DNA of 64,000 nt from contig JARFYF010000057.1 in the NCBI GenBank assembly GCA_030265395.1, positions 4,273,616-4,337,615 of the forward strand. Direction: 5' to 3'. Source of the stretch: Rhina ancylostomus (taxonomy: Eukaryota). This document shows positions 1-11,194 of the stretch, piece by piece. The stretch's first letter is position 1. Each line of letters starts with the position of its first letter. The position numbers and the translations under genes are program-made. Under the pieces are notes generated by a model, which saw only the letters and a program-made list of their open reading frames with translations, ran no database searches and was not told where the DNA came from.

Positions 1-1200
1 TGAATCTTTTTCTCTGTCCACTTGGTCATCTCCTTGAATGGCAGAATTCAGAATAGAGTATCAGTTCCAGTATTTTGGTGTTGGGCATGCGAATAACGTG
101 GCCAGCTCAACATAGCCGTTTGAGAGTAACTGGGGAATGCTGGGGATATGAACCTGGGAGAGGACAATGATGTTGGTGCCATTAGTATTCTACCGAATTT
201 GGAAGGTTTTGTAAAGATAATTTTTCCCAAAGCCTTGAGATGCCTGCTGTAGGCAGTTTAGATCTCTGAAACATATATGAGGGCAGAAATCATTGCTGTC
301 TGGTGGACCATGTCTAAGATGCCAAGTCTTGATTTCCCTTTCCCTCAATTGACCAAGGTAATGTTGGCATACTGAAGGCAGTGCAGAGTTTCATCATTGA
401 TGTCTGCCAATACCAAGAGGTGGCTCTGGAGATACATGCATCTTACAGGGGCATGTCATGAACCTTTATTTTCAGGGCAGTGTGATGCAGAGTGCAGGTT
501 TGTAGAGGACGTTGGCCTTGTTGATGTTAAGACCCACCTTCTTGTATGCTTCAGTGAACCAGTTGATAATGCCATGTGGTTTGGCCTCCAAGCATGCGTA
601 AATGTAAGCATTGCCTACTTGCCACAGCTCGACTACTGAGATTTGGGTGACCATAGTTCTGTAGTGCAATTTCTGTAAACTGAACAAGTTCCTATCAGTT
701 CTGAAGATCAGTTTCACTTCTATGGAAAATCTGTTGCAGAACAGGGGCGACACTGCAACAAGAACGATTGAGGAAAGTGTTGGGGCAATGACAGGATTGT
801 TTGATACCAGTCTTCACTGAGATTGGTTCTATTGTAGACTTAGTAACATGGCTTGCACACCATTATGGAGCAAATGCAAGATGGAGATGAATTTCTCTAG
901 GCAGCCTAATTTGAGGAAGGTGTTCCATAATTCCCCCCTTACTTTCAGTCAAAGGGTTTAATGAAGTTGAAAACAGCCATGAATAGTGGCTTGTGTGATG
1001 CCTGCATTTTTGCTGAGCGGTGAAAATCATGTCCACTCTGTCTCTGGATAGATGGAATCTACAATGTGATTTGGGGAGCTATTTCCTTTCACAAGAGGGT
1101 GAAGTAGAAAGACTTCCAGGTTGTTTTAAGACTGGCAGCCTGCAACACAGGTGCTTTATAAGCAAAGTGATACTTCATAACAGTGAATAGTTCTATATGG
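1..1200 (-). mobile_element. Decayed RTE-clade LINE, reverse transcriptase region
   Basis: Minus-strand fragments LPKSHCRFHLSRDRVDMIF, KPLFMAVF, VKTGIKQ and IFRTDRNLFSLQKLHYRTMV...AYKKVGLNINKANVLYKPA resemble RTE RT motifs (LPESQCGFR..RGTVDMIF, GVKQGC, YRTDG.LFNLRRL); many frameshifts and stops. Confidence 0.85.
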
Positions 1201-1462
1201 CAGAAAGTTTTGATGGTTCCCACAACCCTAAATACAAGGTGGAACAACATATCCATCAGATACAATTATTCCTCTTAAAGTAAACTCAGAATTCACTGCT
1301 GAAGCTCCAGTCTCCACTTGTTGGTACTGTCCATACAAAATTCAAACTCTCTACCACCCAACTCAATGGCAAGATTGTCACTTCCAAGACAAAAGCTTTC
1401 TCCCTTTGCTTACCAACTTTTTCCCATGGTGACTTATTGAAACATTGAACCATTTACTAAAT

Positions 1463-4400
1463 TAGACCATATGACATAAGAGCAGAATTAGGCCATTCGG
1501 CCCATCGAGTCTGTTCTGCTATTCGATCATGGCTGATTTATTTTTCCCTCTCAACCCCTTTCTCCTGCCTTCTCTCCATAACCTTTGACACCCTTACTAA
1601 TCAAGAACCCATCAACCTTCGCTTTAAATATACCCAATGATTTGGCCTCCACAGCCATCTGTGGCAATAAATTCCATGGATTCACCATCCTCTATTCTAA
1701 AGGAACATCTTTCTATTCTGAGGCTGTGCCCTCTGGTCCGAGACTCTCCCACTACTGGAAATATCCTCTCCACGTCCACTCTATCCAGGCCTTTCAATAT
1801 TCAGTAGGTTTCAATGAGATCCCCCCCCATCCTTCTGAACTCCAGCGAGTACAGGGCCAGAGTCATCAAACGCTCCTCACGTTAACCCTTTCAATTCTGG
1901 GGGTCATTATTGTAAACCTCCTCTCGACCCTCTCCAATGCCGGCACATCCTTCCTTAGATGTGGGGCTCAAAACTGCTCACAATACTCTAAATGTGGTCT
2001 GACCAGCACCTTATAAAGCCTCAGCATTACATACTTGTTTTTATATTCCAGTCCTCTTTAAATGAATGCTGACATTGCATTTGCCTTCCTTCCTACCAAC
2101 TCAAACTGCAAGTTAACCTTTAGGGAATCTTGCACTAGGACCCCCCAAGTCCCTTTGCACCTCCAATTTCTGAATTTGCTCCCCATTTAGAAAACAGTCT
2201 AAGCTTTTATTCCTTCTACCAAAGTGCATGACCATACACTTCCCTATGCTGTATTCCATCTGCCACTTATTTGCCCACTCTCCCAACCTGTCCAAGTCCT
2301 TCTGCAGTCTCCCTGCTTCCTCAACACTTCCTGCCCCCCCACCTGTCTTTGTANNNNNNNNNNNNNNNNNNNNNNNNNNNNNNNNNNNNNNNNNNNNNNN
2401 NNNNNNNNNNNNNNNNNNNNNNNNNNNNNNNNNNNNNNNNNNNNNNNNNNNNNNNNNNNNNNNNNNNNNNNNNNNNNNNNNNNNNNNNNNNNNNNNNNNN
2501 NNNNNNNNNNNNNNNNNNNNNNNNNNNNNNNNNNNNNNNNNNNNNNNNNNNNNNNNNNNNNNNNNNNNNNNNNNNNNNNNNNNNNNNNNNNNNNNNNNNN
2601 NNNNNNNNNNNNNNNNNNNNNNNNNNNNNNNNNNNNNNNNNNNNNNNNNNNNNNNNNNNNNNNNNNNNNNNNNNNNNNNNNNNNNNNNNNNNNNNNNNNN
2701 NNNNNNNNNNNNNNNNNNNNNNNNNNNNNNNNNNNNNNNNNNNNNNNNNNNNNNNNNNNNNNNNNNNNNNNNNNNNNNNNNNNNNNNNNNNNNNNNNNNN
2801 NNNNNNNNNNNNNNNNNCCTATAACGGCAGGTAAGGTAGTGTAGCGGTTAGCAGAACTCTACTACGGCGCCAGCAGCCCAGGTTCAATTCTGGCCACGGT
2901 CTGTAAGGAGCTTGTACGTTCTCCCCATGTCTGCATGGGTTTCCTCCAGGTGCTCCAGTTTCCTCCCACATTCCAAAGACGTACGGGTTAGAAAATTGTG
3001 AGCATGCTATGTTGGCGCCAGAACCGTGGTGACACTTGTGGGCTGCACCAAGAACACTCTACGCAAAAGATGCATTTCACTGTGTGTTATGATGTACGTG
3101 TGACTAATAAGGATATCTTGCATCTTTGCTTATAATTTCCTGACTTTTGCCTCCCTCCCTTCTTAAAGGGTGGAGTGACATTTACAACTTTCCAGTCCTA
3201 ATAATTTTTGAAAGATCACTGCTAATGCCTCCACAATCTCTTCAGCTACCTCCTTCAGAACCCTGGGGTGCAGTCCATCTGGTCCAGGTGACTTATGTAC
3301 CTTCAGACCTTTCAGTTTCCCAAGCACCTTCTCCTCAGTAACAGCGACTACACTCACTTCTGCCCCCGACTCTCAAATTTCTGGCACGTTGCTGGTGTCT
3401 TCCACAGTGAAGACTGATGCAAAATACTTATTCAGTTCATCCGCCAGATCTTTGTTCCCCATTGTTACCACTCCAGCGTCAATTTCCAGTGGTCCTCTCT
3501 TTTACCTGTTATATATCTGAAAAAACTTTTGGTATCCTCTTTTGTATTATTGGCTAGCTTACCTTCATATTTCATCTTTTCTCCACTTACTGCTTTTTTA
3601 GTTGCCTTCTGTTGGTTTTTAAAAGCTTCTGAATCCTCCAGCTTCCCACTAATTTTTGCAATATTGTATGCCCTTCTCTTTTGCTTTTACGCTGTCTGAC
3701 TTCCCTCATCAGCCACAGTTGCCTCATCTTCCCTTTAGAATGCTTCTTCTTCTTTGGTATGAACTGATCCTGCTTCTTCCAAATTACTCCCAGAAACTCC
3801 TGCCATTGCTGCTCTAACCATCATCCCTGCTAGGGTGCCCTTCCAATCAACTTTGGCCAGCTCTGTAGTTACCCTTACTCAACTGTAATACCAATACATC
3901 TGATTTTAGCTTCTCCCTCTCAAACTGCAGGGTGAAATTTATTATATTATGATCACTGCTTCCTAAGGGTTCCTTTACCTTGAGCTCCCTAATTAAATCT
4001 GGTTCATTACACAACATCAAATCCAGAATTGCCTCTCCCCTAGTGGGCTCAACCACAGGCTTCTCTAAAAAGGCATTCTAGAAATTTCTTTTCTTGGGAT
4101 CCAGTACCAACCAATATGTAGGTAGATTTTTCCAATCTACCTGTATATTGAGATCTCCCATGACCACTGTAACATTGCCCTTTTTACATGCCTTTTCTAT
4201 CTCCTGTTGTAATTTGTACCCCACATCTTGGCTACTATTCGTAGGCCTGTATACAATTCCCAGCAGGGTCTTTTCACCCTTGCAGTTTCTTAACTCTAAT
4301 CAGAAGGATTTTATATCTTCTGGTCCTATGTCACTTCTTGCTAAGGATTTGATTTCATTTTTTTACCAACAGAGTCACCCCACCCCCTCTGCCCACCTGC

Positions 4401-4860
4401 CAGTCTTTTTGACAGAATGTGTATCCTTGGATGTTTAGCTCCCAGCTGTGATCTTCTTTCAACCACGACTCTGTGATGCCCACAACGTCATTCCTGCCAA
4501 TTTCTAACTGCACTGTAAGCTCACCTACCTTGTTTCGTATACTGTGAGCATTCAAATATTACACCTTCAGTCCTGTATTCACCACCCTTCTTCTCAAATT
4601 TGTCTCCATGTTGCCCGAAGTTAAATTCTTATCCCTTTCTAAACTTTGTCTTTATTCTGGAGACTCCAGTATCCTCTCCTGCACTCTCCTTCCCTTTTAC
4701 TTTATCCATACTTTTCCAATCTGTTGAACCTACCCTCCCTACTATTTAGTTTAAAGCTCTATCCAAAGCCCTGGTTATGCTATTCACCAGGACCCTGGTC
4801 CCAGCATGGTTCAGGTGGAGTCACCCCATTGGAACAGCTCCCTCCTTCCCCAATACTGGG
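1463..4860 (-). mobile_element. Long CR1 LINE (end of ORF1, endonuclease, RT, 3' UTR), spanning a gap and interrupted by a SINE
   Basis: NAHSIRNKVGEL...DVVGITESWL (endonuclease start), EPTRGEAILDL...LGSSDHN, KSPGPDGLHPRVLKE, DRLGEWANKWQMEY...HFGRRN; CR1-type 3' UTR ends near 1465. Confidence 0.95.
2826..3125 (+). mobile_element. tRNA-derived V-SINE (HE1-like head) with Rex1-like tail, inserted in CR1
   Basis: A/B-box head (GGTAGTGTAGCGGTTAGC...GGTTCAATTC), V-domain GTTCTCCCC...GGGTTTCCTCC...TTTCCTCCCACATTCCAAAGAC; possible TSD CCTATAA (2818-2824) / CTTATAA (3129-3135). Confidence 0.9.
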
Positions 4861-5044
4861 TTTATATAACAATTAACAGAAAAATATGCCAAGATGCTAC
4901 ACAAAGGCATAACAAGACAAGAAATGGATGTTAACTCAAAATTGCAGAAAGGAAGTCCAAAAGTTTGGGTCATAGAGTTAATGTTTTTGAGAATGTTAAT
5001 GTTTTTATTTTCAGAAGAACATTTGGCAATTAAGCATTGGGACA

Positions 5045-5420
5045 TGAAGATATTTATACAGCACCTCAAGAAATCTCATTATACTTTAGAGTAAATGAAG
5101 TCCATTTTGAACTGTCAATGCCACAGCATGGGAAATGCAGTAGCTAGCACAGTAACATTCCAATGTAATAATGACCAGAAAATTTATTTTAAAGTAATAT
5201 GAGCTGAGGGATACTTTCATGGGTCTTCTTTGAAATGGTGCCATGGAATCTTTTATATTCACCCAAGAAGGCAGACAGAGTCTCTGCCAGAGAAACAGCA
5301 TTACCAAATGTGCAGCATTCCCTCACTGGAAGTGACAGTCTGGATGTGTGCTCAAATTTCTAGTGGACTCAAGTCCATATTTGTGAGAGTCATGCTGTGA
5401 ATGTTGCCACTGAGCCAACA
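5045..5420 (-). mobile_element. DeuSINE (SacSINE1-like), old copy
   Basis: Reverse complement reads TGGCTCAGTGGCAACA head and Deu-domain-like AAAAGATTCCATGGCACCATTTCAAAGAAGA...CTGGTCATTATTACATTG. Confidence 0.75.
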
Positions 5421-5794
5421 AAGAGTTTTTAATCCCATGGAAATATGAGTTTGGGTATTTCTTAAATCATTTCTGCAGGAGAGAAATATTAAGAAATAAT
5501 CTGATGCTGGTGGCAGATCACTCATATCTCCATGTACACCACTATCTCCTCCCCACAGTTTCAGGTGCCATGCCCCCACTGAAGTGGTTCTTTGACAGCC
5601 ACTGAAGCATCAGGCAGCTGTCACAAACATAAAATTCCCCAGTTGTGATTAAATAGCAAGTTTACACAGCACATTTTAATACAAAAAAATGTTCAAAGAT
5701 ACATCAAAGAGCAAAGGGCAAGGAATTTGGATTTAATAAAAGTACAAAAATATGGAAATTATAAAAATAGAATTTGGAGTAGATATAAAAAAAA

Positions 5795-5935
5795 TTAAAA
5801 GACAGCAGATGCTGGAAACCTGACAAAAACAGAAAATTCTAGAAACACTCAGGACAAGCACCCTCTGCAGAAAAGGAAATATTCCACTTTCCCCAGATGC
5901 TGCCTGGTCTGCTGAGTATTTTCTGTTTCTGTTTA
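5795..5935. mobile_element. Inverted pair of Penelope-derived short repeats
   Basis: GCAGATGCTGGAAACC...CACTCAG on one arm and CAGATGCTGCCTGGTCTGCTGAGTATTTTC on the other. Confidence 0.7.
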
Positions 5936-7029
5936 GGAGTAGATAGCTTGTTGATGAGCTGGGAGAAGCACAATCGGTCACACAGCTGCCTCTGGAGCCG
6001 AAGCAATCTATTTTCAATAATTTACTAAATTGCATGAACTGTGAAATCCTGACACACGAGTCAATAATATTCAACAAAATTAAACCAGTGATGTGCTAAT
6101 GATTCCTACAAGCAAATGCCAACAAATGTACACACATTCCCTTTAAAATGGCAACTGGCATTGAGCAGAAAGGAGCAATGCTGCAAAGCAAACTCTTTCC
6201 ACGCTCTTTGAAAATTTCCTGTAAACTTTCAAAATTGTGAAGTTTCAACAGAAGATGAATGAGCTCCATCTGACAGCACTCATACAAAAAACTAAAATAC
6301 GCAGTAAATGCAACAGTCACTTGTGGCTGATTTCCCCAAAGAGACAAGCTCGGTCTGTCCGGTTGATCGGTATTACCATATGGCCACTGACCCATATTCT
6401 CTCCATAAGAGGTTCTGATCCAAGAACAAAGCAGTGCAGATCCAGTGAAAACAAAAAAAAAACGCCTTATTCTATTTGATTATTTATTGCATGCTTATTT
6501 ACTGACCCTATCAAATTCAGTGGTTGTACAAACAAAATGAAAGAGTTAATGGACAAGGTATGAACCTTGAAAGTGTATTCCTACAAATTATCAGAGGCAA
6601 TTTATTTCACTTTTGGCACAAAATCTACTGCACGTCAGCTGCTCGTCATCTGAACATTTGCCAAATGGCACAATTTACTGCAGCTGCCTTCCCTTACAAT
6701 GATTGGAAAATAATCAGTGAAGACTGACTACACAGACAAGACATTTGTACAGCCCTCTTGACCATATAAGATTGAGGATGACCCAACACATGTGAATCAC
6801 GTGGACGGGAAAACTCGTGTGCATCTAAATACTGCGAATGGAAAGACCTTATTTGTTACTTCAGATCACCAATAGACATAAAGTTTGGATCTAATGCCAA
6901 CCCTATTTATTCACCCCGATTTTAGTCGTCACTGAATAAAGGTTTCACAAAGAGCCAATTCAGGACTAAATTCCATTTGTGTGACACACAAAATGTACGT
7001 GTAATTTCATACAATGGGCATGAAGAATC

Positions 7030-7850
7030 ATCACAAGACCCCTGACAAAAAGTCCCCCCGAATGTGTTACCAGGTCTGAATGGAATGCATTGTAGATTGT
7101 TGAGGGAGAGAAATTAAAAGGTGCTGGTGACTATCTTACAGTCCTCCTTGGATACAGAGTTGGTGCCAAAGGAAAGGAAAATTGAAAAAGTTGCAGCCTT
7201 TTTGTTTTGAGTAAGTGCAAGTACGAACCAAGTAACTGCAAGCCAGCCTATGTAACCCAAGTGATGAGGAAGATGTTACAGCTATAATTTCAGAATAAAA
7301 TTTCTAGTCGGACATGTGGAGTAATAAAGGAAAGCCAGAAGGGATCTATCAAAGGAAAACTAATAATTGAGATTTTTAAATGAGGTAATAGAGGAGTCCT
7401 GAGGGGAATACATTAGCATTTCCACACAGATTTTCAGAAGGTATTTGATAAACTACACGAGCAAAATATTGAGAATGCTACAAAACTGAAATAAAAACAG
7501 ATGCTAAAAAAAACACTTGGCATTTGATGCAGTGCCATTAAATAGACTTCAGTAAAATTGAAACTCATGGGAACCAGAGAAAAGGGACAGTGAAATCAGG
7601 GATTCAAAACTGACATAACCATTGAAACAGCAGAGGTGAACATTCTTTAAATCTGATTGGAAGTTTAGTGCTGGGCTCACAACTTTTCCTGACATAGTTC
7701 TGAAGTAACGATATGGACTTCAATGTGCAGGATATCATTTCAAAAACTTGCCAATGGAAAAACCTGGAAGCATATAAACAGCAATAATAGTGACAAAATT
7801 CATGTGGACACTGATAATGTTGGTGGAATAGGCAAGCACATGGCAGATTA
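7030..7850 (+). mobile_element. Old CR1 RT fragment
   Basis: Degenerate PGLNGMHCRLLRE and DFQKVFDK (GATTTTCAGAAGGTATTTGATAA); WASTWQ near 7830. Confidence 0.75.
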
Positions 7851-7859
7851 TAGCCAATC

Positions 7860-9070
7860 CAGCTAACAGCTGTTCTACCTTACCCTTAATCAAAATGATG
7901 GATGGTACCTTGGCAGTGTTCCAGGAAACTGTTCAATGTTTCTGAGTTTGTTTTTTGCCTGGTCCACTTAGCTCCAGACCTCATTACAGCCTTGATCCAA
8001 ACATGGTCAAGAAAGCTGAATTCCAGTGACCTTATCAAGCCAGCTTTTGACCAAGTGTGGCATCAAGTAACCTGATAAAACTTAGAAAATGGGGAAAAGG
8101 AAAACCATTCCCTCGCTGGTCATACTTTATGCAAACTTAGTCTTGACCTAAAACATTGACTGTTGATTTCCCTCGACCGATGCTGCCTGACCTGCTGACT
8201 TCCTCAACCACTTTGTCTTTTTATACTCTATGCAGGGATGGTTATCTTCATTGGAAATGATTCATATCAGCAGGAGCTCCTCAGGGCAGGATTACAAGCC
8301 CAGCATCTTTAGGTGCTTCATTGTAAGGTCAGGAAAAGGGATGTTTGATAATTGCACGATGTCTATTTCTATTCACAACTATTCATTAAATGATACAGTT
8401 CATGCCTGCATACAGCAACATTCAAGCATGGACTGATAAATGGCCAGTAACCTGTGTGTCACTGGGAAACAGTATTACATCAAGTCCCTCACATTCAGCA
8501 ACCTGGTAGGGTCATCATTAACTTAATTGGATCAGCCGCTTAAAATATCATGACATCAAGAAGGCAGAAGGTGGGATGCAGTAGCTATTGATTCACGTCC
8601 TGACACCTCAAAGGATTTCCACCATATTCAAAGCACAGATCAAGAACATGATTGAACAACTCTCCAACTGCCTGGATGAGTACAGCTCTAGCAACACTCA
8701 AGAAGCTTTTAACTATCCAGGCCAATGCAGCCATCCACCATTAGAAGCTTTCCCTTCCTCCATCACCATTCACAATGGCTGCACTGTGCACCATCTACCA
8801 AGCACATTACAATTACTCACCATGGCTATTCCAACAAGTGTTTGCAAACGTAAAACTTCTACACCAAGAGGGACACGAGCAATATGAGAATGGTACCCAC
8901 AGATGCCCCATCAAGTCACACACCACCCAAAATATACTGCCATTCATTCAGTGCCGCTGGGCACCTTCAAACTGAGTGCAAGATTCAAGAAAGCAGCTCA
9001 CCATCCCTTTACTTAAGAGCAAATAGGGGGTAATAAATGCTGCTCTCGCTGACACCACCCACATCCCATG
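7860..9070 (+). mobile_element. CR1/L2-group LINE of the AFDRVWH type, 3' half, decayed
   Basis: AFDQVWHQ (GCTTTTGACCAAGTGTGGCATCAA), AGAPQG, GMFD; 3' end AATAAATGCTG...CCCACATCCCATG resembles the copies at 47.6 and 55.5 kb. Confidence 0.75.
8140..8220 (+). mobile_element. Penelope-derived short repeat nested in a LINE
   Basis: GTCTTGACCTAAAACATTGACTG...GATGCTGCCTGACCTGCTGAC. Confidence 0.75.
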
Positions 9071-9169
9071 GTAAAATTGAAAGTTTAGTATCGAGAAGCA
9101 CTATATTTTGATGAAAGTAACGAGACACAATAAAAGGAATACAAAAACAGACACTGCTGAATAAACATG

Positions 9170-9500
9170 CACGAATCTTTTGAAGTGGCAAGATAAGTTG
9201 AGAAATCAGTTATAAAGGCACAAAGAACAACCGGAGTATTAATTCTGGACTCATGCAATTTAGGATGTGAATGCCTTGGAAAACATCCACAACAGATTTA
9301 CCAGAATGATCCCAAGTATAAGGGACTGGAGAAACAAAGACTGTTTTCCTTAAAAAAGTTGAGTAGTGACAGATCTTTACAAAATCACACCGGATATTGA
9401 CAAAGTAAATAAAGAGAAACCATTTCCACTGGCAAGAGGATCAAGAACCAGAGGGCACAGATGTATGATTGATTACCAAGAGATCCAGTGATGACAGATG
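9170..9500 (+). mobile_element. CR1 3' ORF2 fragment
   Basis: Degenerate EY..QFW...ALENIHNRFTRMIP and FPLARGSRTRGHR. Confidence 0.7.
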
Positions 9501-9504
9501 GACA

Positions 9505-9862
9505 ATAGAGTCACAGAATCATAGTGAGGCCCATCAGCCACCAAGTTTGCGCTATCCACCGAGCACCCATTTAATAAACTCGATATTATTTTATTCATTT
9601 TATCCTATATTATTTTATTCTCCCCAAAGTCCACAACTTCCCCCCAGATTCTACATCCCACTTGCACAATAGAAGCAATTTAAGACGGTCAATTAACCTC
9701 CCAATCAGCAATGTCTTTGACAGAGCAGAGCATCTGGGAAACCCATGTTATCATAGAGCGGACATGCAAACTCCACACAGAAAAAATTCCCAGAGGTCCG
9801 GATTAAACCTTTGTCGTTCTGTGTGGTGAGACAACAGCTCTACTTGCTAAGCCACTGTGCCA
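9505..9862 (-). mobile_element. HE1-like V-SINE with CR1-type tail, old copy
   Basis: Plus strand ACATGCAAACTCCACACAG...GGATTAAACC...CTAAGCCACTGTGCC is the reverse complement of the tRNA head and V-domain. Confidence 0.75.
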
Positions 9863-10581
9863 TCCCAAATCTTTTTCACACCATGAGTAGTTGTGATCTG
9901 GACACTTTCTGTGCTACAAAACTGTATCTTGCTCACAAGGATCATCCTTCTGACCTTTGTCCTATGCCTTGCACAGTGCCATTTACACATTATATCATCA
10001 GGGACAGGCACAGAACACATCAATGCGTGACAGTAAGCATGCATTCCTGCTCACGGTAGGCTACAAGATTGCCAAGTTATGCAAGTTAAAGGGGTAAAGA
10101 AACAAATCCAAGAGTTCCAAACAATCCAGCCCGAGAAAAATTACTCGAATGAGAACTCCAGTCAGCTGTTGATCGGTGTGAGGTGCGGTCAGACCAGGCC
10201 CTCCCCTCCCCTCATTCCTCAGGCTTTAAAAGGGAGAAACAGTTGAAGCCGAGATCGGACTCCAATCGCAGGCACCGTCTGTATCCAGGGGTCCCCTCGG
10301 GAACCGGCACCTTTCCCGCACCCTCCTCCTCCTCACCGGGAACGGGGCGGGAGGGCCGGGCCGGCTCCCCGGCAGCAACCAGCAGCTGGGGCCGGGCTTC
10401 CACCACCACAAACCCCCGGCGCTCCCAGGGCCGGGTCAGTCGGCGGCTCCCCAGGCCGACACGGGCCGCTCCGGCTGCCGAGGCCCTGCAGCCTGGCCCA
10501 CGGGCCGAGCCGCAGGACGGTTCCGGCCCCGGCCCGACCCCTTCCCTCCGGAGCGCCGAGTGTTGGCCGCCGCCCACTCAC

Positions 10582-10740
10582 CTCTCACACAGCCCCTACA
10601 GTACCGCCGACTCCTTCCCCAACTTCATTCAGACTCACGGCGGCACTCAGCGCCGGGAACCCGCACTGCCGCAGCCTCGGCCGGTCATCCCGCGACAAGG
10701 CAGCCACGGCTGCAGCATCATCCTGACCCCGCAGAGAGGC
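10582..10740 (-). other. Putative non-coding first exon (5' UTR) of an unidentified gene
   Basis: Consensus donor GAG|GTGAGT at 10582/10581 inside the CpG island; its ATGs open only short ORFs (MMLQPWLPCRGMTGRGCGSAGSRR*, MKLGKESAVL*). TSS not determined. Confidence 0.6.
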
Positions 10741-10741
10741 G

Positions 10742-10890
10742 GCGCCCCCCGCGGATCGGAGTACCTACAGCGCTCGCCGCGGCTCGGAGTCACCTGCAGC
10801 GCCCCCCGCGGATCGGAGTACCTACAGCGCTCGCCGCGGCTCGGAGTCGCCCGCAGCGCCCCCCCGCGGCTCGGAGTCGCCCGCAGCGCC
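10742..10890. repeat. GC-rich minisatellite, five 28-30 bp units
   Basis: Units GCGCCCCCCGCGGATCGGAGTACCTACA and GCGCTCGCCGCGGCTCGGAGTC(A/G)CC(T/C)GCA in the order A-B-A-B-hybrid. Confidence 0.95.
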
Positions 10891-11194
10891 GGGACTAACC
10901 AGCTGCAGCCGTAACCTGCAGCTGAGTGACGTGGTTGCGGGGAGCGCAGCGCCTCGTTGTAAAACCTGTAAATGTTTGTGTCCCAGTGTCGGATTCGGCT
11001 CGGGAAGACATTGTGTTGAACCCGTCAAATGCTGCAGGGAGATCGAGGGAGATAGCAGCACACTGCCGGCACATCGCAAGACCTGGGATTTTGGTCTGGG
11101 ACGTGCGGGTGTTCTGGCAGAGGAGAAAACATGTGGAAGAACTTGGGGTGAAAGGAAGTTTAGTTTACAAGGGCAGAGGAATCAACAATTGTAG

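Larger units (their letters stand above)
10180..11110. promoter_or_regulatory. CpG island / promoter of a minus-strand gene that continues left of the window
   Basis: Very high GC and CpG density against a CpG-depleted background; GC boxes; TGACGTGG at 10927-10934; strong minus-strand donor at 10581. Confidence 0.85.

Noticed and set aside
1585-2016. 143-aa plus-strand ORF
   Set aside because: Antisense reading of the CR1 3' region.
2224-2844. Long ORFs containing X runs, here and at other gaps
   Set aside because: Artefacts of translating through assembly N gaps.
2826-2900. tRNA-like A/B boxes (also at 11572 and ~19590)
   Set aside because: These are SINE heads continuous with a V-domain and LINE tail, not cloverleaf tRNA genes.
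10742-10890. CRISPR-like appearance of ~29-bp repeats
   Set aside because: Units are directly tandem with no unique spacers, there are no cas genes, and the context is vertebrate.
10183-10914. 243-aa plus-strand ORF and overlapping ORFs in the CpG island
   Set aside because: Explained by stop-codon scarcity in GC-rich DNA; low-complexity Pro/Arg/Gly/Ala content, a translated minisatellite and no recognisable domain.
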